From Acidobacteriota bacterium (GTDB lineage: Bacteria; Acidobacteriota; UBA890; WLXD01), in assembly GCA_965248695.1 (NCBI GenBank), contig CBDFKD010000002.1:576001-640000 (forward strand): a stretch of DNA of 64,000 bases, in the 5' to 3' direction. The position numbers and the translations under genes are program-made. Shown piece after piece: positions 30,408-40,165 of the stretch. Position 1 is the first letter of the stretch; each line of letters starts with the position of its first letter. Under the pieces are notes generated by a model, which worked only from the letters and a program-made list of their open reading frames with translations, ran no database searches and was not told the origin of the DNA.

Positions 30408-32150
30408 ATGCGCCGAATCGTCGTTACGCTGGCCGCTCTGCTGTGCGTGGCCCCAGGTGCGCTCGCCCAGCAAGTCAGCCCCGTTGTCCACACGCTCGAC
30501 AATGGAATGACGGTCCTACTGATCCCGCGACCCGGCGACCCGAACATCTCCGCCGGCTGGATCGCCAAGGTCGGATCGGCGAACGAGCGCCCCGGGATCA
30601 CGGGAGTGGCCCATCTGTTCGAGCACATGATGTTCAAGGGCACGGACACGATCGGGACCATCGACGCGGCCGAAGATCGGCGTGTGATCGCTCAGCTGGA
30701 CGATCTCCGTGCCGGCATCCGCAAGCATGAGCAGGAGCTCCTCCGGCAGCAACGGGTCGGAGCGATCGACGACTGGCGCAAGCCCGAGCATCGCTCGCCG
30801 GCGCACCAGGATCTGATCGATGAGTTCGACAGCGCCCTGGGTGAGCAGAGTGGGCTGATCATCAAGGACGACTTCGATCGCATTTACACCGGCGAAGGTG
30901 GCTCCGGAATGAACGCCGGGACCGACTACGACTTCACGGTCTACTTCATCAACGTGCCGGCCAACAAGCTGGAGCTGTGGTTCTGGCTCGAGTCGGACCG
31001 GCTGATGAACCCCGTCTTTCGCGAGTTCTACAGTGAGCGAGACGTCGTGCACGAGGAGCGTCGACTCCGTACCGACAGCACCCCCACGGGTCTCCTCGAC
31101 GAGCAATTCGAGGCGATGTTCTGGGAATCGTCGCCCTACTCATGGCCGGTTGTCGGCTGGCCCAGCGATCTGTATGGGCTGACGCGCGAGGAAGCGCTCG
31201 AGTTCTTCGACCTCTACTACGCACCCAACAACATCAGTGCCGCGCTGGTTGGAGGGTTCGATCCCGATGAAGCCATCGCCCTCGCGGAGCGCTACTTCGG
31301 CCGCATGAAACGGGGAGACCGTGAGCCGGAGCCGGTGCGCACCTGGGAGGTCGAGCAACAGGGCGAGAAACGCATGATCGGGTACGCGGACACCAACCCT
31401 CAGGTAAGGATCCGGTACCACGGGGTCGCCGATGGCCACGTAGACGAGCCGGCGCTGCTGGTTCTCGGTCAGCTGCTGTCCGGGCGGACCGGCAGGCTCT
31501 TCAAGGGTCTGGTCGAGGAGCAGGAGGTCGCTACGTCGGCGTCCGCCGGACAAAACGGGCGCAAATGGGACGGTTACTTCGAGATCCGCGGCACCGCCAA
31601 GCAGGGACACACTCCCGAGGAGGTCGAAGCCTCGGTCTACGCCGAGATCGAAAAGCTGAAGACGGAGCCGGTGCCGGAACGCGAGCTACAGAAGGTCAAG
31701 AACCAGAACGCTGCAGCGGAGTTCCGCCGGCTGCAGAGCAGCTTCGGCCTTCTGCTGCAATTGCTGATCGCGGAGGGATATCGCGGCTGGGAGACTATCA
31801 ACACTACGGGCCCCGAGCTCCAGGCGGTCACTGCCGAGGACATCCAGCGCGTCGCCAACACGTATTTCGAGCCCGAAGCCCGCGCTGTGGCGATCTACTA
31901 CCGCAGCGAGAGCGCCGAGCCCGCCGACCCGCGGCTGGCCGGTCTCGATGACCAGGAACGCCAGCAGATCAACACGGTGCAGCAACAGCTCGCCCAGGCC
32001 ACGACTGCCGAGCTCGACCAAGTGCGCCAGCAGCTCGCGCAGATGAGCGGCATGGCGGCGCAGGTGCCCGAGGACACCCAGGACATGTTCCAGCTCATGC
32101 TCGAGCTGATCAGCGAGCGCATAGCCGAGCTCGAAGGAGAGCAACAATGA
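30408..32150 (+). CDS. M16 family zinc peptidase, catalytic subunit (secreted)
   Basis: GVAHLFEHMMFKG (HxxEH), NAGT, EERR; GGAGG ribosome-binding site; signal peptide. Confidence 0.92.
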   Translation: MRRIVVTLAALLCVAPGALAQQVSPVVHTLDNGMTVLLIPRPGDPNISAGWIAKVGSANERPGITGVAHLFEHMMFKGTDTIGTIDAAEDRRVIAQLDDLRAGIRKHEQELLRQQRVGAIDDWRKPEHRSPAHQDLIDEFDSALGEQSGLIIKDDFDRIYTGEGGSGMNAGTDYDFTVYFINVPANKLELWFWLESDRLMNPVFREFYSERDVVHEERRLRTDSTPTGLLDEQFEAMFWESSPYSWPVVGWPSDLYGLTREEALEFFDLYYAPNNISAALVGGFDPDEAIALAERYFGRMKRGDREPEPVRTWEVEQQGEKRMIGYADTNPQVRIRYHGVADGHVDEPALLVLGQLLSGRTGRLFKGLVEEQEVATSASAGQNGRKWDGYFEIRGTAKQGHTPEEVEASVYAEIEKLKTEPVPERELQKVKNQNAAAEFRRLQSSFGLLLQLLIAEGYRGWETINTTGPELQAVTAEDIQRVANTYFEPEARAVAIYYRSESAEPADPRLAGLDDQERQQINTVQQQLAQATTAELDQVRQQLAQMSGMAAQVPEDTQDMFQLMLELISERIAELEGEQQ

Positions 32151-33649
32151 AGACCGCCAATCGGAGCTGCGCAGTCGCGCTCGCATTCATCGGCTTGTTG
32201 GCGATGACCTCGGGCGTCGCAGCGCAGCAGGAGATTGCCTCCCATCCGCGCGAGCTAGCCTTTCCGGATCTCGACTTCCAGCCACCGGACGGCGCCGCGC
32301 TTCGCCACGAGCTCAGCGCCGGAACCGTCGCTTATGTGGTCGAGGATCATGCGCTGCCGCTGGTAAACATCGCCATATCCATCCGCGCCGGCGCGTACAC
32401 GGTCCCGGCGACAGCGAAACCGGGAGTCGCGGGACTGGCCGGGAGTCAGATGCGAGCCGGCGGCACCACCTCTCGATCGCCAGCCGAGCTCGACGAAGAG
32501 CTCGACTTCCTGGCCGCCCAGATCCGCACCAGCATCGGTTCGACGAGCGGCTCCGCCAGCATGAACTGTCTGGTCAAGGACCTCGACGACTGCCTCGACA
32601 TGTTCTTCGAGATTCTGCGCCACCCGGGTTACAACCAGGAGCGGCTCGATCTGGCCAAGAGCCAGCAGTTGCAGAGCATGGAGCGGCGCAACGACGATAC
32701 CGGCGGAATCGAGCGGCGCGAATGGAGCCGGCTGCTCTACGGCGACGACCACTTCAGCACCCACGCGATGACCGCGGCCGAGCTCGAAGCGATCACACGC
32801 GAGGACTTGCTGGCGTTCCACGCCTTCGCAGTGCATCCCGGAAACCTCATTTTCGCCGTTTCCGGCGATGTGCAAACCGACGAGATTCTGGGCCAGATCG
32901 AAGCTCGATTGTCGGACTGGCCGGGCGGCGACTCCCCTGGAGATGTGCCTGCCCCGGCATCCGAGCCACAGCCTGGGCTGTACCTGGTTCACAAGGACGA
33001 CGTCAACCAGGGGCGGGTTTCGATCGGCCACCTGAGCACGGTGATCGACAATCCGGATCGTTTCGCGCTACAGATCATGAACAACATTCTCGGCGGCGGC
33101 GGCTTCACGTCGCGCATCCTGTCGCGCGTACGATCCGATGAGGGCCTTGCCTACAGCGCCGGCTCGAGCTTCGGCCTCGGTACCCACTATGACGGTAGTT
33201 TCCGGGCCTTCTTCCAGTCGCGCAGCGAGGCGGTCGCGCGTGCCACCGGCATCGTCATCGAGGAGATTGATCGCATCCGCACCGAGCCGATAGCCGATGA
33301 GGAGCTGACCAACGCCAAGGCTTCTTTCATCGACACCTTCAGCCGCAATTTCGCCAGCGCCGGCCAGATCGCCGGGCTCTTCGCGAGTCTCGAGCTGCAG
33401 GGCCGTGACATCGGCCTGGTATCGACATACCGCGACGACATGGCGGCGGTAACTGCCGCAGACGTGCAGCGCGTGGCGCAGGAGTACCTTCACCCTGACC
33501 GGCTCGTGATCCTCGCGGTGGGCAACGTCGAAGACATTCTCGCCGGCGACCCCGACAACCCGGAGTTCTCACTCGAGGCGATGGCGACCGGTGGTGTGCA
33601 CCGAATTCCGCTCCCCGATCCGATGACGATGGAGTACTCCGGAGGCTAG
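32147..33649 (+). CDS. M16 family peptidase, non-catalytic partner subunit
   Basis: Lacks HxxEH; NNILGGGGFTSRILSRVRSDEGLAYS motif; overlaps the upstream gene. Confidence 0.9.
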   Translation: MKTANRSCAVALAFIGLLAMTSGVAAQQEIASHPRELAFPDLDFQPPDGAALRHELSAGTVAYVVEDHALPLVNIAISIRAGAYTVPATAKPGVAGLAGSQMRAGGTTSRSPAELDEELDFLAAQIRTSIGSTSGSASMNCLVKDLDDCLDMFFEILRHPGYNQERLDLAKSQQLQSMERRNDDTGGIERREWSRLLYGDDHFSTHAMTAAELEAITREDLLAFHAFAVHPGNLIFAVSGDVQTDEILGQIEARLSDWPGGDSPGDVPAPASEPQPGLYLVHKDDVNQGRVSIGHLSTVIDNPDRFALQIMNNILGGGGFTSRILSRVRSDEGLAYSAGSSFGLGTHYDGSFRAFFQSRSEAVARATGIVIEEIDRIRTEPIADEELTNAKASFIDTFSRNFASAGQIAGLFASLELQGRDIGLVSTYRDDMAAVTAADVQRVAQEYLHPDRLVILAVGNVEDILAGDPDNPEFSLEAMATGGVHRIPLPDPMTMEYSGG

Positions 33650-33665
33650 CGCCTTCGTTCCGGTG

Positions 33666-35099
33666 ATGGGATCCACGCGGACGATCGCCGTACTGGGCGG
33701 CGGCTCGGCCGGTTTCACGGCCGCGCGAACAGCTGCCGAGCTCGGTGCACGTGTGCTCTTCTTCATGGGCGACAACGCCGACATGGCGTCGTTGTGTGTG
33801 AACCGGGGGTGCATGCCGTCGAAGGCGATGTTCGAGCCCATCGACGCCATGCATCACGCTCGACGGCTGGGCATGCTGCGCGTAGAGCCGTTTCGCCCAG
33901 AGGCCCACCTGGCTCAGATCGTGGCCTGGAAGGACCGGGAGATCGCCCGCTTTCGCGCCTACCGCCAGCACGCCATCGCCGCGCACGAGAGCGACGAGTT
34001 CGTCATCGTGAGAGCCGACGCGCAGTTCACCGATGCGCACACGATCACCGCCGAGGGTCTCAGCTACTCGTTCGACGCCGCCGTGATCGCCACCGGGTCG
34101 GTGCCCTACTACCCGGACGTGGATGGGGTCTCGGAGCTGGCGGATGATATCTGGACCAACGACGACATTCTGGAGAACACGGCGCTGCCCGAGTCGCTCG
34201 TCCTCATCGGCGCCGGCGCGATCGGCCTCGAGTTCGCCCTGCGCTATGCGCGGCTGGGGTGCGCAGTAACGGTCATCGCGCGATCGCGGCCGCTGTCGAG
34301 GTACCCGGAGCGCTTCGGCCAACGCCTGGCGAAGATCTACGAGCGCGAGGGCGTGCGCATGATGCAGGCGACATCGCCGCGTCGAGTGCGCCGTGACCGG
34401 GAGGGACTCTACGTCGTCGAGACCGAGGGCCCTGACGGGTTCGAACCCGTGACCGCAGCGCGCGCCATGATGGCAGTCGGCCGTACCCCGGCAATCGGCA
34501 CACTCGACCTGCACCGAGCCGGTGCTGAGCTGGTGGACGGAAGCATTTCGGTGGCCGATGACCTACGGCTCCAGGGCACCGACAATCTGTTCGCCGCCGG
34601 CGACGTGATAGGGCGACGCATGGTGGTGCATCAGGCACATATCGAGGCACGCATAGCAGCGCAGAATGCAGTGACCGACGGAGCGTTGGTCTGGGACCGA
34701 CGTGCCGACGTCCAGGTCGTCTTCTCGGATCCCGAGTTCGCGTACGCTGGAATCACCCCGGCCACGGCGTCCACGAACGGTCATCGGCTCGTACACGGCG
34801 CCAAGGACTCGCGGCTCATCGGCAAGCTGCACCTGGGCGGAGACGATCATGGCTTCGGCGAGTTCATCGCTGACGCCGAGAGCCGTCAGCTCCTGGGCGC
34901 GGGGCTACTGTGCGATGACGCCAGCAACCTGATCCACCTACCGGCATACATGATCGAGCACGGCCACACGATCGACGACGGCGCTGCCGCCGAGTACTAC
35001 CACCCGACGCGCATGGAGATCGTCGCGGCGATCTTCGACACCATGCGCCAACAGCTCGACGGCGCACCATCAACGCCGGGCGCCGACCGGGGCAACTGA
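33666..35099 (+). CDS. Class-I pyridine nucleotide-disulfide oxidoreductase (dihydrolipoamide dehydrogenase/mercuric reductase-like)
   Basis: GGGSAG, CVNRGCMPSK, GAGAIGLE, AAGDV, HPTRME. Confidence 0.85.
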   Translation: MGSTRTIAVLGGGSAGFTAARTAAELGARVLFFMGDNADMASLCVNRGCMPSKAMFEPIDAMHHARRLGMLRVEPFRPEAHLAQIVAWKDREIARFRAYRQHAIAAHESDEFVIVRADAQFTDAHTITAEGLSYSFDAAVIATGSVPYYPDVDGVSELADDIWTNDDILENTALPESLVLIGAGAIGLEFALRYARLGCAVTVIARSRPLSRYPERFGQRLAKIYEREGVRMMQATSPRRVRRDREGLYVVETEGPDGFEPVTAARAMMAVGRTPAIGTLDLHRAGAELVDGSISVADDLRLQGTDNLFAAGDVIGRRMVVHQAHIEARIAAQNAVTDGALVWDRRADVQVVFSDPEFAYAGITPATASTNGHRLVHGAKDSRLIGKLHLGGDDHGFGEFIADAESRQLLGAGLLCDDASNLIHLPAYMIEHGHTIDDGAAAEYYHPTRMEIVAAIFDTMRQQLDGAPSTPGADRGN

Positions 35100-35100
35100 C

Positions 35101-35364
35101 TTGCCGACTCTCGAAGGCGACCCGCGCCACGAACCAACGTTGGAAGAGCTGCTACGGCCCCCTACGTTTCAGCATCCGCCGTGGACCGTGGGGATCGTGC
35201 TCGTGTTCGGCGCCGTGGCTCTGCTTTTCGGAATCCTGGTGCAGCCGATCTGGCTGCTGGTCGGATCGCCGTTCATCCTGACGTTGTTCGTATGGGTGCT
35301 GGTGCGACTGACCCAGTGGCGCCGGCGTCGCGCGGAATATCGGGAGCCCTCTCCCGACGTATAG
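35101..35364 (+). CDS. Small two-TM membrane protein
   Basis: Two hydrophobic segments followed by an Arg-rich tail; TTG start directly after the previous stop. Confidence 0.55.
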   Translation: MPTLEGDPRHEPTLEELLRPPTFQHPPWTVGIVLVFGAVALLFGILVQPIWLLVGSPFILTLFVWVLVRLTQWRRRRAEYREPSPDV

Positions 35365-35446
35365 ACTGGTTTCAGGGCGACGCGAGCTAGACAACAAGGG
35401 GGACGCTGGCGGTCTCGAGCCGCCGGAGCTCGGCAAGGAGATTCTC

Positions 35447-36055
35447 ATGCGAACTACACCTACCATCGCCATTGTCTGCGCGTTTTCGATCATCGGAGCA
35501 CCGCTGCTGGCAGCCCAGAAAGCGGATACCGGCGTTCCGTCGGGCACTCGAGCGACGATTGCGCTGCGTGGCTGGCTGAGCTCGGCGGATGCCAATGTCG
35601 GGGACGCGTTCGAGGCCGAGCTGGTGAATGACATCCTCGTCGAGGGTCAGCTCGTCGTCCCCGCCGGAGCAACGTTCGTAGGCCGCGTGGCCGAGGTCGA
35701 GCGCGCCCGCAGCCGAAGCCGCGGCGGCAAGCTCACGCTGGTCATTGACAGGCTGGTGAGCGGCGACGGCGATTCGGCGCCGGCGCTCGCGACGGTCACC
35801 GGTGTCGCCGACGGCGGCGAGCTCGAAGGTGACGACGACAAGGGCAAGAAGGCGGGAATCGGCGGCGCCATCGGCGGCGTCCTGGGTGCCATCATCGGTG
35901 GCACCACCGGGCTGCTTGTCGGGCTCGTCGTCGGTGCCGGGGGCGCTATTGCCGGCGCGCGCGGAAAGGACGTCGAGCTCCCGGAGAACACCAATCTCCT
36001 GGTGAAATTCGACCGGCAGGTGGACGTCACCTGGACTTGGCTACCGCAGAGTTAA
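35447..36055 (+). CDS. Secreted protein with TrbI/VirB10-like beta domain and glycine zipper
   Basis: Signal peptide; LSSADANVGDAF..VVPAGATFVGRV; GGAIGGVLGAIIGG..GKDVELP. Confidence 0.7.
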   Translation: MRTTPTIAIVCAFSIIGAPLLAAQKADTGVPSGTRATIALRGWLSSADANVGDAFEAELVNDILVEGQLVVPAGATFVGRVAEVERARSRSRGGKLTLVIDRLVSGDGDSAPALATVTGVADGGELEGDDDKGKKAGIGGAIGGVLGAIIGGTTGLLVGLVVGAGGAIAGARGKDVELPENTNLLVKFDRQVDVTWTWLPQS

Positions 36056-36135
36056 GGCCCGAAACGGGCACCGGTCGACGGCGGTGGCGCGCTGACTGGC
36101 GATGGGGCGCGACTCAGTGACCGCCGCCGATCACA

Positions 36136-37125
36136 CTACGATTCGCCGATCTGCTGCTTCAGCGCAGCGATCATCTGCTCGATGCTGTCCCGGTCGGGGG
36201 CGTCCGGAAGCTGCTCCAGGTAGCTCTCGAGCATCTCGATCGACTTGTCGTACTCCTGCGTCTGCAGATAAGCGTAGCCGAGATTCTTGCGCGCTACGGG
36301 GAAGTCTTCCCGCAAGACCAAGGCCCGCTGCATGTGCTCGATGCCATCTTCGACCTGCTGCAGCTGCAGCATGACGGCCCCGGCGTTGTACTGCAGCTCG
36401 GCGTTATCGAGCGACTGCGCGGCTGCGGCTCGCAGGTGGGGCAGCGCGCCCTCGAAATCTTGCTGGGCGGTGTACGCCTGTGACGCCAGTTGGTGCGCCG
36501 AGAGGCTGTCCGGTCTCAGCTTCAATATCTCGCCGGTCGAAACCAGTGTGGCGGCGTGGTCGCCCTGCTCGTAGGCAGCCAGTGCGAGGAGCTCATGGGC
36601 GCTCACGCTCATCGTGTCCACTTCCTCACCGCTGACCTGTTTCATGCCTTCCAGCAACGCGTCGAGTGAGGACTTCATGGTGACCCAGTCCTTTTCCTCG
36701 TAGGCGGCAAAGCCCTCCTCATAGAGCTCGTTGAGGGCGCTGTAGTCCACCAGATCCGCAGGCACTCCCAGCGCCAGTACGACGTCGTAGGTGTTGTCCC
36801 CGTGACTGAACCGAATACCGTTGTTGAACTGGGTGTCGTAGCCGTCTGCCTCGACGCGCAGGTTGTAGTCCAGGGTGGCGTAGAAGCCACGGCCCTGGTA
36901 CTCGCCGTTTTCGTCCGTGGTCAGGGTGCGTTCACGCCCGTATTCGGGGTCGCGGACAATCACCTCCGCCCCGCCAATTGGCACCCCGTCGGTGTCTATG
37001 ACCTTGCCCCTGAGGCTACAGTCGGCGACCCCCTGAGCCAGGAGCGGCGCAGCGGTCGTCAGCACGAGGCCGACTGCCAGGACGGGGACTAATGAAGTCG
37101 GAAAGCGTCGTTTCGGTGAGAGCAT
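36136..37125 (-). CDS. Carboxypeptidase-regulatory-like domain + TPR secreted protein
   Basis: LRGKVIDTDGVPIGGAEV..TTDENGEY; TPR repeats (YNAGAV, ARKNLGYAY). Confidence 0.78.
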   Translation of the reverse strand: MLSPKRRFPTSLVPVLAVGLVLTTAAPLLAQGVADCSLRGKVIDTDGVPIGGAEVIVRDPEYGRERTLTTDENGEYQGRGFYATLDYNLRVEADGYDTQFNNGIRFSHGDNTYDVVLALGVPADLVDYSALNELYEEGFAAYEEKDWVTMKSSLDALLEGMKQVSGEEVDTMSVSAHELLALAAYEQGDHAATLVSTGEILKLRPDSLSAHQLASQAYTAQQDFEGALPHLRAAAAQSLDNAELQYNAGAVMLQLQQVEDGIEHMQRALVLREDFPVARKNLGYAYLQTQEYDKSIEMLESYLEQLPDAPDRDSIEQMIAALKQQIGES

Positions 37126-37262
37126 CCAAGCCTCCGGTCGGCCTGATTCGGGATGAACGGAAGGAAGTGTATCTGTACCTTAGCGCACGTGTGACGATGC
37201 TCAAGGTCGCCCGTTACAACACTCGCTCAAGCTGCCGATACGGGCGTTGCCGGGCGTTGCCA

Positions 37263-38201
37263 CTATGATTTTGTCACCAGGCCGTGCTCGAGCGCTAGCG
37301 CGACGGTGGCCCTGTGAATATCGACGATATCCGCGACTTCGGCCGAGTACCCGCCTGCCATCACCACGGCCACCGGAAGCGCACGGTCACGACACCAATC
37401 GAGCACGCAACGATCGCGCGCCATTAGGCCCTCTTTGGAGAGCATCAGCCGCCCGAGTCGATCGCCGGCGAACGGATCTGCTCCCGAGACGTAGACCACG
37501 AGATCCGCCTCGTGGCGAGCCGGTCGATCGCCCAGCGCCGCCTCGAGCGCGATCAGGTACTCGGCATCGGCCGTTCCGTCGTCGAGCGCGACGTCGAGGT
37601 CGCTCGACTCCTTGTGGAAGGGGAAGTTCCGCCGACCGTGGATCGAAAGCGTGAAGACGCTCGGGTCGTCACAGAACACTGCCGCGGTCCCGTTGCCCTG
37701 GTGCACGTCACAATCCACCACCAGCACCCGGACCAGTCGCCGCGCTCGCTGGTGTACGCGGATGGCGACGGCCACGTCGTTGAACACACAGTAGCCCTCG
37801 CCGTGATCGGCGAACGCATGGTGCGTACCACCGGCCAGGTTCACTCCAACGCCACCATCGAGGGCTGCAGCACACGCCGCAATCGTGCCTCCGACGGACC
37901 GGCGCGAGCGCTCCACGAGCTGCGGCGACCACGGGAAGCCGATGCGTCGGATCTCTCGCGGGGTGAGACGACCCGCGGTAGCACGGCAGATGTAGTCGGG
38001 TGTATGCGCGAGCCGCAGTTGCTCGTCGGTGGCCGCCTCCGGGATCTGGAGATCGGCGGCCGAGATCACTGCCGTATCAAGCAGCCGCTCACGGAGCCGC
38101 CTGTACTTCTCCATCGGGAAACGATGGCCGTGCGGCAGCGGCAAGACGAACTCGTCACTGTAGAAGATTTGTGACCGCGATCTGATTATGGTCGCGACCA
38201 A
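37263..38201 (-). CDS. Histone deacetylase family (Zn-dependent) protein
   Basis: HRFPMEKY, GGTHHA, GYCVFND, DCDVHQGNGT, GADP..DRLG, GGY. Confidence 0.92.
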   Translation of the reverse strand: MVATIIRSRSQIFYSDEFVLPLPHGHRFPMEKYRRLRERLLDTAVISAADLQIPEAATDEQLRLAHTPDYICRATAGRLTPREIRRIGFPWSPQLVERSRRSVGGTIAACAAALDGGVGVNLAGGTHHAFADHGEGYCVFNDVAVAIRVHQRARRLVRVLVVDCDVHQGNGTAAVFCDDPSVFTLSIHGRRNFPFHKESSDLDVALDDGTADAEYLIALEAALGDRPARHEADLVVYVSGADPFAGDRLGRLMLSKEGLMARDRCVLDWCRDRALPVAVVMAGGYSAEVADIVDIHRATVALALEHGLVTKS

Positions 38202-38223
38202 GCGCCGTCAGCGGCCAACGACG

Positions 38224-39171
38224 TCACTGCAGCAACGACGGACGAAACACCGCCGTCTGTTCGAGCATCCGATCCTTCTGTCCGCCGGTGAACCGGACCA
38301 TGCAACGATCGTCGGTGTAATCCATGAAGTTGGTCGTCGGATCGCGCCGCGGAAGATCGGGACAGGAGTCCTTCTTCGTCGGACAGCCCTTCGTCGGAAC
38401 ACCCTCGGCCGGGGTGTCGTCAACGCGGTCGCCGAGGTTGGAACAACCTCCCTGGAACGTGTGATAGAGCCCCAGGTAGTGGCCAACTTCGTGCGTCAGG
38501 GTGTCGCCTTCGTTGAAGCGCGCGAACTCGCCGCCGGGCAAGGAGGCGTGGTGGATCACCACCCCGTGCATCGAGTGGTCCTCACCCTCCCAATCGCTCG
38601 GGAACCAGGCATAGCCCAAAATCGAGCTTGTCGGACGACACGTGTAGACATTGAGCGTGTTCGCCGGGTCGACCGCGTGTTTCTGCTTGAAGTCCCTTTC
38701 GACGCCGATGTCGAGACACCTGGTGGCGAACCGATTGTCATCGTGCCGGATGAGCGTTTGTAGCTGGAACTTGAACCCCTTGCTACTGAAAGCAGCGTTG
38801 AGAACGGCCATTTGATCGTCGACCTGCTGATCCGTCACGTCGAACGACCCGTTCTTCTTTCGCACCACGTGGAAGGCCACTGGGACCCTGATCTTCCCCG
38901 CACCTGCCACCAGGTCGGGTTGCACCAACCCGCTGCCGACGACCAGATCAATGAGGTCTTTCTCGGCCTCGCTGACCGGCCGAGTGGCGCATCTCAGCAG
39001 CGACGTCTCGCCCGATAGCAACGCGGCCCCGGCGCCCGCGATCAGCTGGGAACGGTCCCAGCCCTGCGGGTACTCCTGGAGCACTTCACGGGATGTCTGT
39101 TGGCGCGCCGGCACCGCGGCGAACGCCAGCGCCAGGCACGACATGCATATGACTACAGTTGGCCTACTCAT
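38224..39171 (-). CDS. Secreted M43 (pappalysin/ulilysin-like) zinc metalloprotease
   Basis: HEVGHYLGLYHTF, DTP, NFMDY Met-turn. Confidence 0.9.
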   Translation of the reverse strand: MSRPTVVICMSCLALAFAAVPARQQTSREVLQEYPQGWDRSQLIAGAGAALLSGETSLLRCATRPVSEAEKDLIDLVVGSGLVQPDLVAGAGKIRVPVAFHVVRKKNGSFDVTDQQVDDQMAVLNAAFSSKGFKFQLQTLIRHDDNRFATRCLDIGVERDFKQKHAVDPANTLNVYTCRPTSSILGYAWFPSDWEGEDHSMHGVVIHHASLPGGEFARFNEGDTLTHEVGHYLGLYHTFQGGCSNLGDRVDDTPAEGVPTKGCPTKKDSCPDLPRRDPTTNFMDYTDDRCMVRFTGGQKDRMLEQTAVFRPSLLQ

Positions 39172-39314
39172 CAGAGGACGAACTCCAAAGCGCAGACAGA
39201 AGGGGTACGTCCGATCTTACAGCTGCAGGGCACAACGGGCACGGCCTTCCTGGCCGCGCCTGTGCCATATGAAACGGCGGGGAAGCGTTCAGTACGGGCC
39301 GGCACCCGCCCAGG

Positions 39315-40028
39315 TCAGCGGCCCATCCGCAGAAGATCAGGCACGGTGACGAGCCGGAATCCTCGGCTCGACAGGTTGGCGACCATCCATCGGGTTGCCG
39401 TGACGACGTGCGACCGGTCGCCGCCGCCATCGTGGAGCAGCACGATCGAGCCTGGACGCACCTGGGTAAGGGTGCGCAGCGCGACTCGGTGCGCTGATCG
39501 AGTGCTCCAGTCGCTTACCTGAACCGACCACAAGACAACGGTGTGACCCTCCGACGCGGGAAGCCCGTCCGGGCCTCGTAGCCTCGAGTCCATCGATCCG
39601 AACGGTGGACGCAACAGCCAGGGACGTGACCCCGTCGCCGCCTGGATCGCCTGGTCGGCACGCCGGATCTCGGCGCGCACGGATGTGCTGGTCAGCGTCG
39701 GCAATGAGCGATGCGTGAACGAATGATTGCCGATGGCGTGCCCTTCGCGCCGAATCCGCCTGGCCAACGCCGGGTGGCGCTCGACGTTCTCGCCGATCAG
39801 GAAGAACGTTGCTACCACACCCTGATCTCGGAGAACGTCGAGAATCTGAGCGGTATATGGGTCGCGCGGGCCATCGTCGAACGTCAGTGCCACGACCGGC
39901 TCGCGAACATGGACGCTGGAGACTACCTGGCCCGCTCGCTCAGCGGCGGCAACACGAGGTGGTTTGGCGAGCGCTGCGGCGACGAGAGCGAGCGCCACTG
40001 CCAGGACTAACGAGAACCGACCAAACAT
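39315..40028 (-). CDS. Polysaccharide deacetylase (CE4/NodB)
   Basis: TFDDGP, GNHSFTH, RPPFG, LLHDGG; N-terminal signal or anchor. Confidence 0.9.
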   Translation of the reverse strand: MFGRFSLVLAVALALVAAALAKPPRVAAAERAGQVVSSVHVREPVVALTFDDGPRDPYTAQILDVLRDQGVVATFFLIGENVERHPALARRIRREGHAIGNHSFTHRSLPTLTSTSVRAEIRRADQAIQAATGSRPWLLRPPFGSMDSRLRGPDGLPASEGHTVVLWSVQVSDWSTRSAHRVALRTLTQVRPGSIVLLHDGGGDRSHVVTATRWMVANLSSRGFRLVTVPDLLRMGR

Positions 40029-40165
40029 CTCCCACTCGCGGTCCCAGGCCGGGCGTAATTATAGAACGATGCGTCGCGGTATCGCGTCGGCCACAGCGGC
40101 TCGACGGGCTGGGGAAGCCGACGCCGGCCAGCAGCGACCCGATAGCACCGGGCCGAAGTGGCGGC

